IMG/VR virus record: IMGVR_UViG_3300042446_001732
Coordinates: 1-64,000 of that record
Source: a virus
Strand: one strand, 5' to 3'
DNA: 64,000 bases
The translations under genes were made by a program, and so were the position numbers. Shown piece after piece: positions 52,038 to 59,282 of the stretch. The notes under the pieces were generated by a model that made no database searches, was not told the DNA's origin, and saw only the letters and a program-made list of their open reading frames with translations. The stretch's first letter is position 1. Every line of letters starts with the position of its first letter.

Positions 52038-52220
52038 ATGATGAAACCATACACAGAAATTCAAGCTCAACATGCACGTAACGAAGCCAGTGGATATGTA
52101 CCACCAGCATTTACTCCAGCAACTGTGAAACAAACTCCTGTGGAAATTCCTGGAGTCATGTATCAGTCTGCCAGCTTGTATCAACCGGTTGTGAGTCAAC
52201 CGCCTGAGGACAAGAAATAA
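52038..52220 (+). CDS. Small hypothetical protein
   Basis: ATG after an AAGGA SD; TAATG overlap with the next gene. Confidence 0.5.
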   Translation: MMKPYTEIQAQHARNEASGYVPPAFTPATVKQTPVEIPGVMYQSASLYQPVVSQPPEDKK

Positions 52221-52549
52221 TGCCTCAAGCAAATGTATACACAAGTGCATCGGCACAGGCCTGGTTCACAGACAAGGCTCGCATCAGCACTGGCAGTAAC
52301 ACTGTGACGTTTCAGGTTGAAGCGGTACAATTGACCTATCAGAATCCAGGCACAGGCAACTGGGCCAATGCAGGCACAGCGGTAGGCAACATCTACAGCA
52401 ATGCTGTCGCAATTCCGGCAAACAGTCGTCAAGACATCTATGTTGGCGTGGGCAACAAGCTCACAATAGCAGGCGGCAACGTTACTATTCAAGAACTTGG
52501 CACAGCCAGTTCTGCTACCGCTGGCGAGAATGGCATAGGCAACGGCTAA
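52220..52549 (+). CDS. Small beta-rich protein, probably virion-associated
   Basis: Coupled ORF in the late cluster. Confidence 0.6.
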   Translation: MPQANVYTSASAQAWFTDKARISTGSNTVTFQVEAVQLTYQNPGTGNWANAGTAVGNIYSNAVAIPANSRQDIYVGVGNKLTIAGGNVTIQELGTASSATAGENGIGNG

Positions 52550-52920
52550 TGCGAGCCAATGAGTTCATTGCAGAAGCCCATATTGGCCAGATTAGCAAAC
52601 GCAATCAAAACGCCACAGTGGGGCTGAACAAGTTTCGTGATCAGAAATTTGCTGATCGTGTGTATGAACTCAATCGTATCATGATGGCTGTGGCATCAAC
52701 TGATGGCACCTTTGTGCCTGATGTTGATGGTGAATCATGGGCAGGTCGCAACAATATTGCTGTGCCATACACCAAAGAAGAACAAAACATGCTGGCAAAA
52801 GCATTCCAAGCTGTGGGCAGTCATCACGAAGACATGAATCACGGTGATTTAAAATCTGCAGAGCATCCGGCTGTGAACACTATTAGCCCCATGCAGTCAT
52901 TCAAGGGCTATCCGCGATGA
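52549..52920 (+). CDS. Putative internal head protein (paralogue A)
   Basis: Begins MRANEFIAE; ends SP...F.GYPR. Confidence 0.6.
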   Translation: MRANEFIAEAHIGQISKRNQNATVGLNKFRDQKFADRVYELNRIMMAVASTDGTFVPDVDGESWAGRNNIAVPYTKEEQNMLAKAFQAVGSHHEDMNHGDLKSAEHPAVNTISPMQSFKGYPR

Positions 52921-53303
52921 GAGCCCGTGAATTCCTTAAAGAAGAAACAACGTTGCCTCCTGAACAAGGAGATCCAATGAATCATGTGTTTACCTTGCCT
53001 GGAGTAAAGTCTAGTGATCCGTACCAAATCTATAGACTGGGCGTAGCAATAGCCCGTGCTCGCAGCGATGCTGGCACAGATGGTATCACTGACAAATTAC
53101 CCAACTGGTCAGCACAAGCCGCTTTTGGTGAAGATGCTGTGATTGCTGGATTCAACGACAGTGCTGGTCCAGCAATTGACTATGCATTAAAAATGGCCGG
53201 CCTGCCTGTTAAAAAAGTTCAGATAAGTACTCCAAACAGCCTAGAGCCCGCCCTGGTAAATCGTCAAAGCCCTGTTAACGCCTTTGCTGGCTACCCTCGC
53301 TAA
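52917..53303 (+). CDS. Putative internal head protein (paralogue B)
   Basis: Begins MRAREFLKE; ends SP...F.GYPR. Confidence 0.6.
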   Translation: MRAREFLKEETTLPPEQGDPMNHVFTLPGVKSSDPYQIYRLGVAIARARSDAGTDGITDKLPNWSAQAAFGEDAVIAGFNDSAGPAIDYALKMAGLPVKKVQISTPNSLEPALVNRQSPVNAFAGYPR

Positions 53304-53347
53304 TCAATTTTTTTTTGCTAAATACTCCAACGAGGAATATTTAGATC

Positions 53348-53956
53348 ATGGCCAATCCACCACCACCATACGACAACATCACCGGCATTAGCCGTGCTGT
53401 GATGAAGGACAACGCACAAGAAACCATTGGCAATTACAATGGTGTTGCTCGCCCCAGCGAATTAGTAGTCAACCAACTCACACAAGATATCTATGTGGGC
53501 AACACCAATGGAAATTTAAATTTGGTAGCATACGGATCAGGCGTTACCAGCACCACAACATTCAACTCGCAGTTCACTGACGGATCAGGCACATTTGCTG
53601 GCGGCACTACCACAGCATCCTATGTGCGTATGGGTCCGCTGATGTATATACATGTGTATGTGGATTTTACAGGGGTTACCAACTTTGGCAGCACAGGATA
53701 TCAGATTACACTGCCCACACCTGCAATAACCACATTTAGACTGGCAGGCGGCAGTCTGCATCAAACAGCCGGTGCTGGTTCTCCTGCCCTGTATCATATT
53801 GCTGGCATTGTAGACGTCGTTGACAGCACCACAGTCATGAAACTATACTATTCTGGTAGCACCACTGATCTAGTTTGGAAATTCAACACTCCGGCCACAG
53901 GCGCCTGGCAATCGGGCGCACATTTTGATATCTCGGGTACTTACCAAATAGCATAA
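53348..53956 (+). CDS. Short fibre/spike-like protein
   Basis: About 60-aa N-terminus shared with the next gene; C-terminal Y.RMG......V.F....LP receptor-binding-like domain. Confidence 0.6.
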   Translation: MANPPPPYDNITGISRAVMKDNAQETIGNYNGVARPSELVVNQLTQDIYVGNTNGNLNLVAYGSGVTSTTTFNSQFTDGSGTFAGGTTTASYVRMGPLMYIHVYVDFTGVTNFGSTGYQITLPTPAITTFRLAGGSLHQTAGAGSPALYHIAGIVDVVDSTTVMKLYYSGSTTDLVWKFNTPATGAWQSGAHFDISGTYQIA

Positions 53957-53957
53957 C

Positions 53958-55355
53958 ATGGCCAATCCACCACCACCATACGACAACATTACCGGCATTT
54001 CACGTGCCGCAATGAAGGACAACGCCCAAGTTACCTTGGCCGAATACGACGGAAATGCCAGACCAGGTGAACTAGTAGTAGATCAAACCACAAGCATTGT
54101 GTATGTGGGCAACGCTCTAGGCGACCTAACAGCAGTAGCCACACCAGGTGGCGCAACAACCTGGGCACTGTTAAGCAACAAAGATGGTGCCGCAGGACCC
54201 ACTATCATAGCCCTGGGCCAAAATGCTGGGTTTGACGGTCAGGCCAATGCTGCCATAGCCCTGGGTGAGGCAGCCGGTGCGGGAGGCCAAAATTCAGCAG
54301 CAATTGCAATTGGACAAAATGCCGGGGCCAACACCACCCAAGGCTCGAGTGCTGTGGCCATTGGTGTCTCAACTGGATTTGATGCTCAAGGCCAGTACGG
54401 CGTGGCTATTGGTGCATTTACTGCAACAACTTTGCAAGGTGCTCGATCAGTGGCCATTGGACTCAGTAGTGGCCAAACCACACAAGGCACTGACGCTGTG
54501 GCCATAGGTCAATATGCTGGCAACGAAGTACAAAGCGTCTCAGCAGTGGCCATTGGTAACAATGCTGGTTATACTGGTCAAGGCATAAGTTCTGTGGCCA
54601 TTGGCCAAGGTGCTGGTTTGACCAATCAAGGTAATCAAAGTGTTGCAATTGGACAAAATGCTGGCGCCACCCAAGGATCAACAGCAGTGGCAATTGGTCA
54701 AAATGCCGGTGGCGGCGTTGCTTTGCAAGGTGATGACGCAGTGGCCATTGGCCACGGTGCAGGCGAAAATACGCAAGGTACTCAATCAGTTGCCATTGGA
54801 TTATACGCTGGCCAAAACACACAAGGTCAGTTAGCAGTGGCCATTGGTACCAATGCTGGCAATACCAGCCAGGGCAATAGTGCAGTAGCCATTGGTGATA
54901 ATGCTGGAATTGACAATCAGGGCGATCAGAGCGTGGCCATAGGCCAGCAGTCTGGCAATACCAATCAAGGCCCCCAGTCAGTGGCCATTGGTACCCAGGC
55001 CGGTTTCACTGGGCAGGGTGTGCTTGCTGTGGCCATTGGCATCCAGTCTGGTTATGACACACAGGGTGATAATTCGGTAGCCATTGGCCGCAATGCTGGT
55101 TATGTCACACAAGGTGCCAATGCAGTGGCCATTGGTAGCAAGGCCGGACCAAGCAGTCAAGCCAGCAACTCAATCATCATAAATGCCACTGGTAACAACC
55201 TGAATCAAACCACAGCCAACACATTCACAGTGAAACCTGTGCGAGCAGTGACCAGTGTGACTTTTGCCGCACCCACATCAGGATCAATACCTGCAGGATT
55301 CTCACCCATGTACTACAATCCCACCACAGGTGAGATTATTGTGATCACAACTTAA
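53958..55355 (+). CDS. Adhesin-like fibre with YadA-head-type repeats
   Basis: About 20 tandem ~15-aa QG..AVAIG..AG repeats. Confidence 0.75.
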   Translation: MANPPPPYDNITGISRAAMKDNAQVTLAEYDGNARPGELVVDQTTSIVYVGNALGDLTAVATPGGATTWALLSNKDGAAGPTIIALGQNAGFDGQANAAIALGEAAGAGGQNSAAIAIGQNAGANTTQGSSAVAIGVSTGFDAQGQYGVAIGAFTATTLQGARSVAIGLSSGQTTQGTDAVAIGQYAGNEVQSVSAVAIGNNAGYTGQGISSVAIGQGAGLTNQGNQSVAIGQNAGATQGSTAVAIGQNAGGGVALQGDDAVAIGHGAGENTQGTQSVAIGLYAGQNTQGQLAVAIGTNAGNTSQGNSAVAIGDNAGIDNQGDQSVAIGQQSGNTNQGPQSVAIGTQAGFTGQGVLAVAIGIQSGYDTQGDNSVAIGRNAGYVTQGANAVAIGSKAGPSSQASNSIIINATGNNLNQTTANTFTVKPVRAVTSVTFAAPTSGSIPAGFSPMYYNPTTGEIIVITT

Positions 55356-55363
55356 AATTTAAC

Positions 55364-55801
55364 ATGAAAAAATTACTTGCACTCTTGCTGATCGTGCCTG
55401 TGCTGGCTGTTGCACAACCCCGACAACGACCGGGCGTGACCTATGACGCTGTGATCACCAGAGTCATAGACGGTGACACTGTGGCTTTTCAGGCAGACTT
55501 TTTGCCTGCGCCACTCAAAAAAGAACTATCAATCAGAGTGTACGGTGTGGACACTCCTGAAAAAGGATTCCGTGCCCAATGCCCTAGTGAAGCACAGCGT
55601 GGAGAAGCAGCCACAGCATTTACCAAAGCTCAAATCAACGCTGCAACTAAGCGTCAAATCGTACTCATGGACTGGGACAAGTATGGTGGTCGTGTGCTGG
55701 GTGATGTGCTGTTAAACGGACAAAGCCTGCGTGGCATGCTGATACAAAATGGTTTTGCTCGTGAATACTACGGCGAAGCCAAAACATCCTGGTGCCAATG
55801 A
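55364..55801 (+). CDS. Thermonuclease (SNase-like) with a signal peptide
   Basis: VIDGDT, IRVYGVDTPE, DKYGGRVLG; MKK-hydrophobic-AVA leader. Confidence 0.92.
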   Translation: MKKLLALLLIVPVLAVAQPRQRPGVTYDAVITRVIDGDTVAFQADFLPAPLKKELSIRVYGVDTPEKGFRAQCPSEAQRGEAATAFTKAQINAATKRQIVLMDWDKYGGRVLGDVLLNGQSLRGMLIQNGFAREYYGEAKTSWCQ

Positions 55802-55819
55802 TCCGCCTGTAAATACAGG

Positions 55820-56962
55820 ATGACGAATTTTTACTGTGCAGCCCCTTGGCGTGGCCTGCATATCAATCCCCGAGGCGATGTAAAAACCTGTTGTGCTGGC
55901 GACCCCAACATGCTGGGCAATTTAAACACACAGACCATCGAACAGATCCTCAACAGTGATTTGATGACAGAAATTCGTGGCAGCATTGCCCAGGGCCAAA
56001 GTCATCAGTACTGTTCAAACTGTGTGCAAGCCGAGCGCCATGGCGGTGACTCCGAACGAGCCTGGCACAACCGTGACAATCCCAATTTTGATTTTGCCAA
56101 GGCCGGTGACAAATATCACTATCCAGTCATTGTTGATATTCGTTGGAACACCACTTGTAATCTAAGTTGCAACTATTGTATGGAATATTGCAGTTCAAAA
56201 TGGGCCGCGTTGAAAGGTATTCCTGTCAAGTCTGGTACTAGACCCTACTACGAACAAGTGTGTGATTTCATCGAGCAACATTATGAACACATTCACGAAG
56301 TGGCACTGGTAGGCGGCGAGCCGTTGTTGCTGCCAGAAAATAATCGCTTGCTGGACGTGATACCTAAAGATGCAGTTGTTACCTTGATTACCAATCTTAC
56401 CGGCGATCTTGAAAACAATCGAATATTTCAAAAACTAGCAAAACGAAATCGTGTTGGCTGGAGTATGAGCTTTGACAACATAGGCCCAAGATTAGAATAT
56501 GTTCGCTATGGCGCTGGTTGGGAAGAAATACAACGCAACCTTGCCCTGGTCAAAAATCTAATGACCACACAGGGACACTCAGGCGGCATACATGCAGTGT
56601 ACAACATATACAATGCCACACGCATCTGTGAACTGCGTGAGTTTGCCAAACAGACTGGAACCACTGTGCTATGGCAGAATCTTTTTCAACCCGACTACCT
56701 TGATCCATTCTTGCATGGTCCAACAGTTGCTGCCGAAGCAATTGCTGAGATTGAGCGCTTTTATGCATCAGGCATTGCTACCGCTGCTGAACGGGTGTTC
56801 TTTGACCGTGCATTGCAGAGCTATCGTTCAGTGACCCACCCACGGCCCAATATTGAACATCAGTTTGCACAGCATATTCAACAGATTGAAAATCAGTACC
56901 ACCCAGACTCAAAAGGACAGTTTACAAGTTTGTGGCCTGAACTAGCAACACTATGCAAATAA
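55820..56962 (+). CDS. Radical SAM protein with an N-terminal SPASM/twitch-like domain
   Basis: C..PW...G.V..CC...C..C, then CNLSCNYC and GGEP. Confidence 0.9.
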   Translation: MTNFYCAAPWRGLHINPRGDVKTCCAGDPNMLGNLNTQTIEQILNSDLMTEIRGSIAQGQSHQYCSNCVQAERHGGDSERAWHNRDNPNFDFAKAGDKYHYPVIVDIRWNTTCNLSCNYCMEYCSSKWAALKGIPVKSGTRPYYEQVCDFIEQHYEHIHEVALVGGEPLLLPENNRLLDVIPKDAVVTLITNLTGDLENNRIFQKLAKRNRVGWSMSFDNIGPRLEYVRYGAGWEEIQRNLALVKNLMTTQGHSGGIHAVYNIYNATRICELREFAKQTGTTVLWQNLFQPDYLDPFLHGPTVAAEAIAEIERFYASGIATAAERVFFDRALQSYRSVTHPRPNIEHQFAQHIQQIENQYHPDSKGQFTSLWPELATLCK

Positions 56963-57708
56963 CAACACCTTGGCATTTTGGAATACCGTATGCTGGCTAT
57001 ACCTCTGAATGGTTGCCCACAGACACCAAAGAAAATTTTCAACGGCTCATGCAAGAGCCCAAGCATCAAGAGTATTTTGGCAGCAAAGGGTGGGACCAGC
57101 CTGGTGCAATCACCTACAAAATAAACAGTCACGGATTTAGATCAGAAGAATTTGATCCTGCTGCGCCTAGTATAGTGTCATTGGGTTGCAGTTATACCAT
57201 TGGTATTGGCCTACCTGAACATGCTACCTGGTCACACCTGGTCGCGCAAGCCACAGGATTAAAAAACTACAATCTGGCCTGGGCTGGTACCAGTGCAGAC
57301 ACATGCTTTATGCAGGCGCAGTATTGGTTGCCTATATTGCGTCCTAAACTGGTGGTAATGGTGGCCCCTCCCAAACACAGATTTGATTTGATTTCAGAAG
57401 ATCCTACACTGCCACATGACACATACATGTCTTCGGGCGGATCGTGTGAATCATATCGTGACAATTTTGTCAAAACTTGGCTGCTGAATGATCGTAACGC
57501 AGAGTTAAATAGCTCACGTAATCGATGGGCAGTGCAAGGATTATGTGCTAACCTGGGCATTGCATGTTTGACCTACGATGCACATGAATGGTTTGCCAAG
57601 AGTCGTGAAGAATTAGAATACGCAAGAGACCACATGCACGCCGGCCCCCGTGGGCATCAGCTACTAGCAGAAAGAATCATAAATGATTGGCGCAAAAAAC
57701 ACACTTGA
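56953..57708 (+). CDS. SGNH/GDSL-like hypothetical protein
   Basis: NSHGFR, LGCSYT.G.G, NL...G, ARD..H.G..GH motifs. Confidence 0.55.
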   Translation: MQITTPWHFGIPYAGYTSEWLPTDTKENFQRLMQEPKHQEYFGSKGWDQPGAITYKINSHGFRSEEFDPAAPSIVSLGCSYTIGIGLPEHATWSHLVAQATGLKNYNLAWAGTSADTCFMQAQYWLPILRPKLVVMVAPPKHRFDLISEDPTLPHDTYMSSGGSCESYRDNFVKTWLLNDRNAELNSSRNRWAVQGLCANLGIACLTYDAHEWFAKSREELEYARDHMHAGPRGHQLLAERIINDWRKKHT

Positions 57709-59272
57709 TACGGTACTTGTAAAAGCACCTCATCGTAGAGAAACATATTCTGAGTCTGAGCTTGAAGATTTTGCCAAATGTGCAGATCCAGTCACAGGAC
57801 CCATGCACTTTATGGACAACTTCTTTTACATCCAACATCCCACACGCGGCAAGATGTTGTACCATCCTTTTGAATATCAAACAAGACTGATCAACAACTA
57901 TCATACCAATAGATTTTCAATTTCTCTAATGCCTCGACAAACAGGCAAGAGCACAAGTGCTGCGGGTTACTTGTTATGGTATGCTATGTTTGTACCGGAC
58001 GCAACCATTCTGATAGCAGCACACAAGTACCTGGGCGCACAAGAAATCATGCAGCGTATTCGTTATGCATATGAATTGTGTCCCAATCATATCAGAGCAG
58101 GCGCCACCAGTTACAACAAAGGCAGCCTGGAGTTTGACAACGGATCACGTATTGTGAGTCAGACCACAACTGAGAACACTGGTCGCGGTATGAGTATTAC
58201 GCTGTTGTACCTAGACGAGTTTGCATTTGTGAGACCCAGCATTGCCAAAGAGTTTTGGACGTCAATCACACCCACACTGAGTACTGGTGGTAAAGCTATT
58301 ATTACTTCAACTCCAAACTCAGACGAAGATCAATTTGCCTACATCTGGAAAGGTGCCTTAAAGACTCAAGATGAGTTTGGAAATCAACGAGCCAACGGCC
58401 TGGGCATCAACGGTTTCAAAGCATTTCGTGCATTCTGGCGTGAGCACCCAGACCGAGACGAAGTCTGGGCAGAGGAACAACGATCCCAGCTGGGCGAAGA
58501 ACGTTTTCGTCGAGAAATGGATTGCGATTTTGTTATCAACGACGAAACACTAATATCGCCGCTGAAACTGCTGGAACTGGAAGGCATTGAACCCACTCAC
58601 AAGTCTGGACAAGTACGCTGGTACAAACCCATACTCAAAGACAAAATGTATATTGTTGCACTGGATCCCAGCTTGGGCACAGGCAGCGATCCCGCAGCTA
58701 TACAAGTATTTGAAGCAGACACCACTGAGCAAGTGGCAGAGTGGCGCCACAACAAAACTGATGTGCCCACACAAGTTAAAATTCTAGCAGATATTGTGAA
58801 AGAAATACATGCAGTGACCAAAGACAACAAAAGCATTTATTATTCCGTGGAAAACAACACACTTGGCGAAGCAGCACTGATCAGCATCAACGAGTACGGA
58901 GAAGAGAATATTCCAGGTTATTTCCTAAGCGACAACAGTGTGCAGGGCAGCAGCGGCCGTAGAATCCGCAAGGGATTTACCACCACCAACAAAAGCAAGA
59001 TCAGTGCTTGTAGCAAACTGAAAATCCTGATAGAATCTGGCCGTATGAAGATCTACAGCAAACCCTTGCTGACCGAACTCAAAAGTTTTGTGGCCAACGG
59101 CACTAGTTATGCAGCCAAACCAGGCGAAACAGACGATCTTGTGATGGCCAGTTTACTGATCACACGCATGCTGATGCTGCTGCAAACCTATCATTCTGAC
59201 CTGGACTCGCACCTTAAAGATCATTCGGACAACGTGATTGAACCGTTGCCGTTCATCAGCATCATGCGCTAA
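57683..59272 (+). CDS. gp17: Terminase large subunit
   Basis: PRQTGKS Walker A, LYLDEFAF Walker B, ITSTP, nuclease D-P and DD motifs. Confidence 0.97.
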   Translation: MIGAKNTLDTVLVKAPHRRETYSESELEDFAKCADPVTGPMHFMDNFFYIQHPTRGKMLYHPFEYQTRLINNYHTNRFSISLMPRQTGKSTSAAGYLLWYAMFVPDATILIAAHKYLGAQEIMQRIRYAYELCPNHIRAGATSYNKGSLEFDNGSRIVSQTTTENTGRGMSITLLYLDEFAFVRPSIAKEFWTSITPTLSTGGKAIITSTPNSDEDQFAYIWKGALKTQDEFGNQRANGLGINGFKAFRAFWREHPDRDEVWAEEQRSQLGEERFRREMDCDFVINDETLISPLKLLELEGIEPTHKSGQVRWYKPILKDKMYIVALDPSLGTGSDPAAIQVFEADTTEQVAEWRHNKTDVPTQVKILADIVKEIHAVTKDNKSIYYSVENNTLGEAALISINEYGEENIPGYFLSDNSVQGSSGRRIRKGFTTTNKSKISACSKLKILIESGRMKIYSKPLLTELKSFVANGTSYAAKPGETDDLVMASLLITRMLMLLQTYHSDLDSHLKDHSDNVIEPLPFISIMR

Positions 59273-59282
59273 ATACACTATC

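Noticed and set aside
59238-59282. ORF-track starts at 59238, 36068, 41009, 42897, 33367 and 52011
   Set aside because: Each extends into an upstream gene or promoter; downstream starts fit the promoter or SD positions better.
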